Assembly (NCBI GenBank): GCA_002269645.1 | Contig: NIVC01000240.1 | Coordinates: 496,001-560,000, forward strand | Length of the DNA stretch: 64,000 bases | Origin: Macrostomum lignano | Lineage: Eukaryota | Reading direction: 5' to 3' | Shown here: in pieces, positions 23,746 to 35,008 of the stretch | Position numbering within the stretch: the first letter of the stretch is position 1 | Layout: the number at the start of each line of letters is the position of its first letter | Notes under the pieces: model-generated | The model's database searches: none | Seen by the model: the letters and a program-made list of their open reading frames with translations, nothing else | Told to the model about the DNA's origin: nothing | Position numbers and translations under genes: made by a program

Positions 23746-24032
23746 CGACTAGGCGCCTAGCGTCGGAGCGTCAGTCGCCAGTTGCAACCCCCCCCCCCCA
23801 ATCCAGATGCTATGTACCCACGAGTGCAGATCTCCATGACTCGGGCGAAGAGCCTGGTCTGTTTACCGCTCCGCTGGCCGCTAAGTTTGCTCGCCGGCCA
23901 AGGCCAGCTGGCCAGATTGGGGCGGACAGCCCAGTTGAACAATGCTTGCCCAGCCAGACCAATATATAAGCAATCTATTATTGGACTTCTCCCGCCGGAT
24001 GCCCAGCAATTCAGCCAGGTATTCAATTCTCA

Positions 24033-24605
24033 ATGCCGTTTTACCGAGCCTCTAAAACTGCTGCTGAGGCCCGCAAGCAGCAGCAGCAGACTAGCCGAGC
24101 CAGGCGAAAGAGGCAGGACTCTCAACCACGACAGCCAAAGCTGCCGCCGCCTTGCCGGTACGTGGAACTCGAAACCGAGACGACCTCGTCGGCCAACGCC
24201 GCTGTTCAAAACGACAAAAGCGACCAGCGGAGGCGGTCGACTTGGTCAGTGCCGCAGCCGGCGCAGGCCGCGGTCGACGCCAAGTATTTCCGATCGGAAT
24301 TTGTGCGCCGGATGCACGCTCGGGCCACGGCGGATAGGCGGAGCTGCGGGCGGGACGGCGGCTCGTCCAGCAGCGAGGACGAAGCGGACGCCTGGAGGCG
24401 GCTGTCGCTGGCCGATCGAATCCGCATGGCCAGGGCAGCGGAGTCTTCGCAGGCAGCGGCAGCGGCGCCATCAAAGGGCCGAGCCCAGGTGGCGAGGGTG
24501 TCAGTCGACAGCGGCAAGGTCAAGGACGGGCAGCAGGCGAGCGAGAGGCCAGCTGGTGGAAGTTTGACAGGCTGGAAATCACATGCTGCTCGCCCTTCTG
24601 CATGA
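24033..24605 (+). CDS. Hypothetical 190-aa Arg/Ala/Ser-rich protein, apparently single exon
   Basis: GC-rich, exon-like composition between AT-rich flanks; CCAAT/TATATAA at 23959-23969; AATAAA at ~24842; no recognisable domain. Confidence 0.45.
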   Translation: MPFYRASKTAAEARKQQQQTSRARRKRQDSQPRQPKLPPPCRYVELETETTSSANAAVQNDKSDQRRRSTWSVPQPAQAAVDAKYFRSEFVRRMHARATADRRSCGRDGGSSSSEDEADAWRRLSLADRIRMARAAESSQAAAAAPSKGRAQVARVSVDSGKVKDGQQASERPAGGSLTGWKSHAARPSA

Positions 24606-25199
24606 ATTTGTAACTTGATTGAAAACCGCCGCATATCAATTAGGCTCCCATGGCTCCATCCCAAAATCCCAAACAAGTTGACGCGCTTGAACAGTTTTAG
24701 ATATTTTGGCGCTGAACTGATGGCGTTGCGATCCCGTGCGAATATAGCAGTTTATATCTTTTTATTTTTAACTATATGGTAGCAGTTCATAGCAAATGCA
24801 CAACCGCTAGTCATGTCTGCTGAAGTAAACTCGCACAGCCCAATAAACCAGTCCAAAATTGAGCTGGAAAATAATTTACAAACAGAAAAAACTTTTACAG
24901 AAAATTTGCTAAACAGAGAAATAAAATCTTGCTACGTATGATATCTGTCGTTCAATGGAAAGCAATAGACACTTCTCTGTAAATATCTATCATTTGAGTT
25001 CCTTTCTGTATACCAGCTTGACAATAAAATTATTGAAAATTAAATATAAGCTACTTGTAGCTTAGTACAAGTTTCAAATGATTAAAAACAAATTGTGCTA
25101 TGCAAACTGTCTTATTTCAAGCCACATTAATATAATATACCTACCTGCCTTTTGTTACGGTTGAATAACTAGACGACTGTCTAGATCCACCGCACAAGC

Positions 25200-25620
25200 G
25201 TATCTACAACCGCGCATTCACCTCACTCCACTCCCTGCCCCGCTCAGCCAATCGCTGCAAACCACCTCACTCCACTCCCTGCTCCGCTCAGCCAATCGCT
25301 GCACCCCACCTAATTCCACTCCCTGCTACGCTCAGCCAATCGCTGCAAACCACCTCACTCCACTCCCTGCTACGCTCAGCCAATCGCTGCAAACCACCTC
25401 ACTTCACTCCCTGCTACGCTCAGCCAATCGCTGCAAACCACCTCACTCCACTCCCTGCTCCGCTCAGCCAATCGCTGCACCCCACCTAACTCCACTCCCT
25501 GCTACGCTCAGCCAATCTCTGCAAACCACCTAACTCCACTCTCTGCCCCGCTCAGCCAATCGCTGCAAACCACCTCACTCCACTCTCTGCCCCGCTCATC
25601 CAATCACTGAACCCACCTTA
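25200..25620. repeat. ~44 bp minisatellite (CCACCTCACTCCACTCCCTGCTCCGCTCAGCCAATCGCTGCAAA)n
   Basis: Tandem units downstream of the MFSD13A-like stop. Confidence 0.9.
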
Positions 25621-25685
25621 CGCTACTCTCCGGCCTGACCAGACTGCATGCAGAGACCTTAACAAATTCAAATTAGACAATATTG

Positions 25686-28600
25686 TTAAATTTGAGCCTG
25701 CAATAGGTTAGATTTTGATCTGATGCGATAAAAGCTCCAACTGATAAGCTGTAGGCAGCCAATCACAGCGGGCAGGTAGCAGGCCAGCATGAGCATCATG
25801 TTCGATAGAGCTTGCGGACAAGTCAGCCCGCCGGCGTCAGCTGAACCAAAGGAGTTAGACGCGGCTGACCTATAGGTTTGATAGCCGCGCATGTTTAACA
25901 ATTGCACCACAACCAGTGGCGCCAGACTAATAGCCGGCTTTGTGACTAAAGCGTTCAATCCGAATACTGTCGACGAGAGCGGCAGGCGGCGCGAATTGAC
26001 AAGTCGATCGCGATCGACCAGCTCGCTTAGGGGCAGGTCGAACAGGCTGAACGCGGCCGAGTTCAAGCTGCAGCAAGCGACAGAGTAGACTGCGAACATT
26101 GTGCGCGACAAGGCCAGAACTCCGGTGAGGTGGAGCAGCGGGCCGGCCGCCACTTTGAACACCAGACTGAGCAGCACAGCCCGATGGTGGCCGAACCGCC
26201 GGATTAGCGGGAGTCCGCCGACGACGGCCAGCTAAATGAAGAGATTTATATGAGCTGCGGATTAATATGTGATTACTCTGCTGGCCCAGCAGCTGAGGAT
26301 CTGGGGTGATGGCCTAGCAACTGAGGAGGCTGGCCCAGCAACTGAGGATCTGGGGTGATGGCCTAGCAACTGAGGAGGCTGGCACAGCAACTGAGGATCT
26401 GAGAGGCTGGCTCAGCAACTGAGGATCTGGGAGGCTGGCCCAGCAACTGAGGCTCTGGGAGGCTGGCCCAGCAACTGAGGATCTGGGAGGCTGGCTCAGC
26501 AACTGAGGATCTGGGAGGCTGGCCCAGCAACTGAGGATCTGGGAGGCTGGCCCAGCAACTGAGGATTTGGGAGGCTGGCTCAGCAACTGAGGATCTGGGA
26601 GGCTGGCCCAGCAACTGAGGATCTGGGAGGCTGGCCCACAGATACTAGAATAACTAGATAAGCCACTCAGCACATTTGCGTGTAAGCTACTTTCAGTTCA
26701 GAAGTAAGTTAAACCGAAGCATTTTAATGTATTTTCAAAGCCAAAGCTCATTTATTGGCTCTCTCCCCCCTTAGCTTAAACCCTCCAACCGCACCTTTCC
26801 ACACTACCCCCCGCCCCGCCACCCATTTTTTATTGCCTTCCTCGGAATTCCAGCCTAAAGCTGCCATGTACATTTCAGTGGATTGGCTAATGTACATTAT
26901 TGCTGAACCAATTAGCAAGCTGTTAGCGCCTGCAAGCTTGGGCTTCTAAACTTATCAGTCATTTCAGCTGCCTTTATTTTTTAAAATAGCTTATGTATTC
27001 TTCTTTGCTACTGAACTGAAAATAGAAAGCTGTTTTACTATGTATTTATGCCTGAGTGGCCTATCTAGTTATTCTAGTATCTGTGGGCTGGCCCAGCAAC
27101 TGAGGATCTGGGAGGCTGGCCCAGCAACCGAGGATCTGGGAGGCTGGCTCAGCAACTGAGGATCTGGGAGGCTGGCCCAGCAACTGAGGATCTGGGAGGC
27201 TGGCCCAACAACTGAGAATCTGGGAGGTTGGCCCAGCAACTGAGGATCTGGGAGGCTGGCCCAACAACTGAGAATCTGGGAGGTTGGCCCAGCAACTGAG
27301 GATCTGGGAGGCTGGCTCAGCAACTGAGGATCTGGGAGGCTTGTCCAGCAACTGAGGATCTGGGAGGCTGGCCCAGCAACTGAGGATCTGGGAGGCTGGC
27401 TCAGCAACTGAGGATCTGGGAGGCTTGTCCAGCAACTGAGGATCTGGGAGGCTGGCCCAGCAACTGAGGATCTGGGAGGCTGGCCCGGCAACTGAGGATC
27501 TGGGAGGCTGGCCCAACAACTGAGAATCTGGGAGGCTGGCCCGGCAACTGAGGATCTGGGAGGCTGGCCCAACAACTGAGAATCTGGGAGGTTGGCCCAG
27601 CAACTGAGGATCTGGGAGGCTGGCTCAGCAACTGAGGATCTGGGAGGTTGACCAACAGCTGAGGATCTGGGAGGCTGGCCCAGCAACTGAGGATCTGGGA
27701 GGCTGGCTCAGCAACTGAGAATCTGGGAGGGCGGGGCCCAATGACGTTGAGCCGCAGCGAAACTCACAGCCGGGAGCAGAGAGATCAGCAGGTAGGCTCC
27801 GCTTCGCTGCAACGGGCTGGCCGGGCCCAGCGGCTCCATGAATATTGACAGGAAATTCGCCCACATGCTGGCCTCAAATATCTGCAGAAAATTGGTGACC
27901 ACAAATGCTAAAAAGTCGCGCTGTAGCACAATCTGACGCAGTTGAACAGACAGGCTGGCGTCGGCGGTTGATTGACAAGCGGCATCGGCCTCGACGCAGC
28001 CAGACTCCGTTCGGTGACTGTCCTGATCAAGCTGCGCCTGCTGCTTGTCGTAAACCGATGAGGAATAGCGACCGCCAATGTAGACAAACACAGTTGCCAA
28101 GACAGCAAGGACCAAACAGCCAAGCTGGAAGCTACGGAAATCGGCCAGATTGTGCGAGATTAAATTTAGAAAGGCTACGGACCAGGACACGGTCAAGCTG
28201 CCCATCACCTGGGTAGGGTAAGGAGACAATTTGCGGAGTTATAAAAATAGCACAAACGAATTCACCTGCTTGCGCTTACCCATCTAACTACACGATACCA
28301 CTTCATCACCAATCCATTACGCACCCACCTCACTCCACTCCCTGCCCCGCTTTATCGCGCATCCACTTCACTCCACTCCCTACCCCACTTAATAGTGCAC
28401 CCACCTCACTCCACTCCCTGCCCCGCTCAATCGCGCATCCACCTAACTCCACTCCTTGCCCCGCTCAATCGCGCACCCACCTCACTCCACTCCCTGCCCC
28501 GCTCAATCGCGCACCCAACTCACGCCACTGCCTGCCCCGCTCAGCCAATCGCTGCACCCCACCTCGCTCCACTCCCTGCCCAGCTCAATCGCGCACCCAC

Positions 28601-29193
28601 CTCACTCCACTCCCTGCCCCGCTCAATCGCGCACGCATCGCACGCCCGTCTGCCTTGAAAAACCTTGCTATCGCGATCGACTTAATCAACTAATCAATCA
28701 ATCGTGAATAAACAAAGCTGCAAAGCATTTGATACTTCTTAGTCTCCAACCGTCGATCGTAGCAGGTGGACATCTCAGCAAAGACTGCGCACTGAGCCAA
28801 TGCTACAAATGTAAACACCGAATCGTATAGGCAAAGAGCAAAAAACAGCTGGATGCCGACAGAGCGCGTGTCTGGCTGTCCCCATGGTAACCAGGTGATA
28901 GCATAGATAATGCCAAGCAACGGAGCGCCGATTTTGATAGACGAACGCCGGGTTCTGCAACACAAACCGGACTGGCGCTTGTCCAGGAAATAAGCAAACA
29001 AAGGATCATTGATGGTGTTCCACACTAGGAATAGTATCTGAACAGTTTGAAAGTCCGATTCGAGCACACCGAAAACTTCTAGGAAGACTTTCACGTAGAA
29101 AAAATTGAACGGCGAATTTACCAGGCTAAGGCCGACAGTGATGGATGCAAATGCCAAGGAGCCCCTGTCCAGAGACTTCAGGCTGGATAGCAT
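25686..29193 (-). CDS. MFSD13A: MFSD13A/TMEM180-like MFS-type membrane protein, 3 exons, ~488 aa
   Basis: Exons 29193-28714, 28208-27768, 26231-25686 (TAA), all phase 0. Motifs FLVWNTINDPLFAYFLDK, LYDSVFTFV, GLNALVTKPAISLAPL and many TM segments match my recollection of TMEM180. First donor (GTTTAT) is weak. Confidence 0.85.
26280..27730. repeat. 28 bp minisatellite (GGCCCAGCAACTGAGGATCTGGGAGGCT)n in intron 2, interrupted by a MITE
   Basis: Tandem units either side of 26637-27085. Confidence 0.97.
26637..27085. mobile_element. MITE family M1 copy 2
   Basis: Perfect 24-bp TIR CACAGATACTAGAATAACTAGATA; 8-bp TSD GGCTGGCC at 26629-36 and 27086-93. Confidence 0.9.
28320..28650. repeat. ~38 bp minisatellite (GCACCCACCTCACTCCACTCCCTGCCCCGCTCAATCGC)n, MFSD13A intron 1
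   Basis: Tandem units; core shared with 25200-25620. Confidence 0.9.
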
Positions 29194-29284
29194 TTTCTCA
29201 CCGGATTAGAAGCGGCCGTCTTCCAGTCTTTCTTGCTTTTGTTTGACTGCGAGTGCTGTTAGCAGCAATTTGTGATAAGGAAAT

Positions 29285-29610
29285 TGGTTCTGGGAGTTGG
29301 GGAGGGGCGATTCTGAGTCGGGGGGCGGGGAGCGGCGATTCCGAGTTGGGGGAGGGGGATTTCGGTTTGGGGGTGTATCTGAGTCGGGGGGCGGGGGCGG
29401 CGATTCCGAGTTGGGGGAGGGGGATTTCGGTTTGGGGGTGTATCTGAGTCGGGGGGCGGGGAGCGGCGATTCCGAGTTGGGGGAGGGGGATTTCGGTTTG
29501 GGGGTGTATCTGAGTCGGGGGGCGGCGATTCCGAGTTGGGGGTGATTTTGACTCGGGCAGGGGCGGTTCTGAGTTGAGTTGGGGGGGGGGACTTTTTGAG
29601 TTTGGGGGAT
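29285..29610. repeat. G-run-rich ~60 bp tandem repeat upstream of the MFSD13A-like ATG
   Basis: Repeated GATTCCGAGTTGGGGGAGGGGGATTTCGGTTTGGGGG blocks. Confidence 0.85.
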
Positions 29611-29944
29611 TCTTCGCAATAATACTTTTGCTACATAGGGCTATTTATTAATACAACAAACAATGAGCATAAACATAACGCAATACACTTACTTTACTAA
29701 ACCAGTGTATTAATCGAGCAATTAATGAGTGACAGTGCAGTCAAAAATGGAAGGAAGAGCAAGCCTTTTGATCCAATAATGCAAAAGTGCAGCGCAGAGA
29801 ACACAGGACTAATGTAACAAGTTAACAATAATTGACACTGTAATCAAAGCAGTCCATTTGGGAACAAGGTAACAATATTTCACAAAGTACTGATAGGAAG
29901 CCGTAGCGAAATAGGTGGCCCAATAGGTACTAGTTTATCTACAG

Positions 29945-30440
29945 TGAACTCAATCTCATTCTTGAGTAGGCAGACTCAAAATCTCATCTCTAGAGTATAG
30001 GAGACTCAAAATCTCATCCTTAGAGTATGTGAGACTTAAATTCTCATCCCTAGAGTATTGAAGACTCAAAATCTCATCTCTAGAGTATAGGAGGCTCAAA
30101 ATCTCACTTCTAGAGTATTGAAGACTCAAAATCTCATCCTTAGAGTGTAGGAGACTCAAAACCTCATCCCTAGAGTATAGGAGACTTAAACTCTCATCTC
30201 TAGAGTATAGAAGACTCAAAATCTCATCACTAGAGTATATGAGACTCAAAATCTCATCCCTAAGAGTATAGGACTCAAAATTTCATCTCTAGAGTATAGG
30301 AGGCTCAAAATCTCATCCTTTGAATATAGGAGACTCAAAATCTCACCTCTAGAGTATTGAAGACTCGAAATCGCATTCCTAGAGTAGGAGACTCAAAATC
30401 TCATCCCTAGAGTAGGAGACTCAAAATCTAACCCCTAGAG
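29945..30440. repeat. 30 bp minisatellite (AGACTCAAAATCTCATCTCTAGAGTATAGG)n
   Basis: Tandem units. Confidence 0.93.
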
Positions 30441-30880
30441 TTTGAACTTCTATAGCTGGCAATATGATTAATGCATGCAGTTAGTTGAAAAGAAGAATGC
30501 AGAGCAAAATGACAGCAAACAAATGTGCAATGACAAATTACAGAAATCAATGGACATGCAACTCTTTATTAATGGTATTGATTTAAATAGCAAAAGAAAA
30601 TTAGGAAAAAACAATTAATAGAGGATTAAAACGGATTGAATTATATTAGTGTCAGAAAATCTGCGAGAACATTGCAATAGATTACATAAAGCTACGGAAA
30701 GTGCATAATTATACAAAATAGAAACATGAAATTTACAAGCAGATTACTTAGCACAGGTTAAATACCGTTTAGTAAATACTCACTTCCGAATAAATAACCA
30801 AGACTTGTACAGTGTCGCTATTTAAATTTGCGCCAAAAGTGAAACAAACATTTTCCGGATTTTCGGCGCCAATTCAAACT

Positions 30881-33223
30881 TTAGACATCGTCGTTATCGT
30901 ATTCGTTGTCCTCTTCGTCGCCGTTGCCGTCCATCACCAGCCCGGCGGCGCCTTCAAGAGCGGCCACGGCGGCCGCCGTCTCTTCGTCCTCCTCATCGCC
31001 GTCGCCATTCTCATCGTCCATGTCTTCGTCGCCGTCTTCTTCGACTTCGCCGAGCACTGCGGCGGCAGCTCCGCCGCCATCTTCGTCGTCGTCGTCGTTG
31101 TCGTCATCATCGTCGCCACCTTCCCGATACTCGCCGTCTTCTTCGTTGTCGTTATCGGCTTCGCCGGCATCGTCTGGGGACGGGACCAGCCGGCAGAGGG
31201 CCCTGTGCAGCTCGCTGGCCACGAACTGCGGCACCCGGCCCGGGTGCGCGGAGCGGCAGTGCGCCAGGACCGGCTCCGGGTCGCAGCTGGCTGCCCCGCC
31301 GGAGGTGCAGTAGGCGCAGGCCAGACTGGGCACGCCCAGATGCTCGGCTACAATGTGCAGCCGAATCTCGGCCGGCCGGGCGGCCATGATGTCCGGGCAG
31401 TGCGAGCAAGCGAACAGATCGTCGTCAACGGACACAACCTGCCAGTGGCCGGAGCGGAGGGCCGCTTCGTGTCTGGCGGAGGCGAGCGACTCCTCGGCGG
31501 CACCCGATGAGCCCGCAGTTGATGAAGCTGGCTGCTGCTGCTGCGGCTGCGGCTGCTGCTGTCTGGGTGGCACGTAGCGAACCGGCAGTTTTTTACGACG
31601 CGAAGCGCCGGAGACGGCAGGGGCGGCGGCCGAAGCGGCGGCGGCAGCGGCTGTTGCGGAGGAGGACGAAGCGTCATTGCTGGCCTCGGCGTCAGCAGTC
31701 GGCGTTGGTGGAGTCGGCGGCAGCAACTGGGACGGCTGTTGGTCATCCTTAGACGACTGCAGAGCCTCCTGACTGTCCGGCACCACCCAGACCCACTCTT
31801 CTCGTCGATGCAGCGACCAGGGTGCACCCGGCGAGGTCATAAAATCTGGCAGGCGACGACGGACAGTGTCGTTGATGTGAGCGACGGCCTCGGGCAGCTG
31901 AGCGATGCCGAACCGGCGGTTGCAGTCTGAGCAGACCAGCTCGCCTGCAAATGGCAGCGTTCGGACATTTGGGCTAGAGATATATGCTCGAATGCTCTCA
32001 TGAACTACTGTTCTCAAGCATCACATAGAGTTCTCAAGCATCACATAGAGTTCTTAAGCATCACATAGAGTTCTCAAGCATCACATAGAGTTCTCAAGCA
32101 TCACATAGAGTTCTCAAGCATCACATAGAGTTCTCAAGCATCACATAGAGTTCTCAAGCATCACATAGAGTTCTCAAGCATCACATAGAGTTCTCAAGCA
32201 TCACATAGAGTTCTCAAGCATCACATAGAGTTCTCAAGCATCACATAGAGTTCTCAAGCATCACATAGAGTTCTCAAGCATCACATAGAGTTCTCAAGCA
32301 TCACATATAGTTCTCAATAAAGATTTCAAGCATCACATATAGTTCTCAATAGAGATCTCAAGCATCACATATAGTTCTCAATAGAGATCTCAAGCATCAC
32401 ATATAGTTCTCAATAGAGATCTCATGCATCACATATAGTTCTCAATAGAGATCTCAAGCATCACATAAAGTTCTCAATAGAGATCTCAAGCATCACACAA
32501 GTGCTTCGACTCGCATGGCACCTACTCCAGCATACCTGTATCACACAGCAGCCTGAGATGCAGCTCAACGCTATCAAAGAGAGCAGACTCTACGCTATCC
32601 GTCATCGCGCTCCCTTCGCCGCCCTCCATCGTTGCCGCAGTTGCCAGCCGCATTCGCTTCATCAGGTCCGCTCGCGACTGCTCAGACAGCTTGCCCAGCC
32701 TGGCAAGATCGGAATCAACCATTGCCGACACCTGATGCCGGGTAGCCGCGTGAAAGGCCGCCTCTAGAGAGCACGGGAAGCTGCAGTGACAGCCGGTACA
32801 CGTGTACTTTCCCTCGCCGGCTTTGCACACCAGCCGGCTGGGATTCTCCGCCACACCGGCCGGGTCGGCGTCCCCATCGATGCCGTTCCTGTCGGCACCG
32901 TTGACGCTGGCTGGCAGGGTCAGGCAGACCTCGTTTAACAGCAGCAGTCCGCGCTGATTGCCAGAATCAACAGAGCGACGGTGCGCCAGGGCCGCATGGT
33001 CGCGAACAATGTCCACGTCGGTGCTGCAGGCGGCGCAGTCTGGACAGACGTACAGCTTGTAGCGGAAACTGTCGACACCGCCGTCGACACCGCCGCCCCT
33101 CCGACGGAGATGATCGGCGATCGCGTGTCGACGAAGCCGGTGCAGCTCGACGGTGGCGAAGGGGCACAGCGGGCAGCTAAGCGCCAGACAGGGCTGACCC
33201 TGCTGGCCAAGTGCGACAGACAT
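30881..33223 (-). CDS. Multi-C2H2 zinc-finger protein with acidic C-terminal tail, 2 coding exons, ~583 aa
   Basis: Exons 33223-32536 and 31944-30881, phase 1 (G|GC). About six dispersed CxxC..H..H motifs (CPLC..HAIADH, CPDC..HAALAH, CTGC..HAATRH, CSDC..H, CSHC..HIVAEH, CAYC..HCRSAH); D/E-rich tail; AATAAA on minus at ~30570. Confidence 0.8.
32010..32500. repeat. 20 bp (TTCTCAAGCATCACATAGAG)n grading into a 32 bp variant, zinc-finger intron
   Basis: Tandem units. Confidence 0.95.
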
Positions 33224-33399
33224 GTCTGAGCGGGATTGAGTGTCTGCTCTTCTCAGCTAAGCACTCTGGCGGGTGCGGGCTCGGCTTTGCTGGAATTGGG
33301 AGGACATCGGCAAACTGAATAGTGATTTCTAAACAGTTCCATTAGAGATCATTAAAAATATATCCCTCTGAGGTTCGGTGTCTTTAAATATGGCATACA

Positions 33400-34090
33400 A
33401 ATCTTATAGATCTTATAGGGTCTTATAGACCCTATAGAGCACATAGATCATATAGATCTCATGGATCATATACATCCCATAGACCCTATAGATCATATAG
33501 ATTCCATAGATCCAATAAATCACATAGATCCTATAGACCCCATAGATGCAATAGATCCTTAAGATCCTATAGATCCATTAGATCCTATAGATCACATAGA
33601 TCCTATAGATCACATAGATCCTGTTGAATATAAATCCCATAGATAATATAAATCCCAAATATCCTATAGTTCCCATAGATCCTATAGATCCCATAGATCC
33701 TATAGATCCCATAGATCCTATAGATCCCATAGATCCTATAGATCCCATAGATCCTGTAGATCCCATAGATCCTATAGACCCCATAGATACTATAAATCCT
33801 ATAGATCCCATAGATCCTATAAAACCTATAGATCCCATAGATCCTATAAAACCTATAGATCCCATAGATACTATAAATCCGATAAATCCCATAGATACTA
33901 TAAATCCGATAAATCCCATAGATACTATAAATCCGATAAATCCCATAGATCCTATAAATCCTATAGATCCCATAGATCCTTTAAATCCGATAAATCCCAT
34001 AGATACTATAAATCTTATAGATCCTATAGATCCTATAGATCCCATAGATACTATAAATCCTATAAATCCCATAGATCGATCATAGATCCC
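33400..34090. repeat. 9 bp repeat (GATCCTATA/GATCCCATA)n
   Basis: Tandem units; source of the IDP/GSIGSM ORFs. Confidence 0.95.
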
Positions 34091-34449
34091 AATTACAACT
34101 GAGAATGTCAAGGATAGTCTCAAAAATTTAACAAGATCGGGCATACCTACAAAAAAGAGCTTAAAAAGTCAACAGAAGCTGGGAACACGAAAATAAGTTT
34201 GACAAAACAACTCATAGCTTTGGCAGTATGTACGCGAATGACAATCACAGTATTGAGCTATTATGTAATTTGTTTACAAAAAAAGGCATTACATGTAGAA
34301 TATAGCAGGCATTCAATGGCAGTTTAGTAAAAACTTAATTTAATTTAAAATTATTTAAAAAGCCTACAAAAAGTGCATGCATTTATTTTACTAAAAAAGT
34401 ACAACTAACAAGCCGCCAAAGGCTGTGATAGCCGTCTGCATATTAACAC

Positions 34450-34930
34450 ATTAATGTACATGTACCTGACCGAATAATGTTCATGTACCTGACCCATTAA
34501 TGTACATGCACCTGACCCAATAATTTACATGTACCTGACCCAATAATGTACATGTACCTGACCCAATAATGTACATGTACCTGACCCAATAATGTACATG
34601 TACCTGACCCAATAATGTACATGTACCTGACCCATTAATGTACATGCACCTGACCCAATAATTTACATGTACCTGACCCATTAATGTACATGTACCTGAC
34701 CCAATAATTTACAGGTACCTGACCCAATAGTTTACAGGTACCTGACTGATTAGTTCACAGGTACCTGACTGATTAGTTCACAGGTACCTGACTGATTAGT
34801 TCACAGGTACCTGACTGATTAGTTCACAGGTACCTGACTGATTAGTTCACAGGTACCTGACTGATTAGTTCACAGGTACCTGACTGATTAGTTCACAGGT
34901 ACCTGACTGATTAGTTCACAGGTACCTGAC
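34450..34930. repeat. Two adjacent related 23 bp arrays (AATAATGTACATGTACCTGACCC)n and (CACAGGTACCTGACTGATTAGTT)n
   Basis: Tandem units sharing GTACCTGAC; gradual transition at ~34690-34750. Confidence 0.95.
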
Positions 34931-35008
34931 TGATTAGTTCACAGGTACCACCTGACCGCTGATTCAGCTGCCAAATTTGAAATGCTGCGGACAACATAAG
35001 CAGACCTT

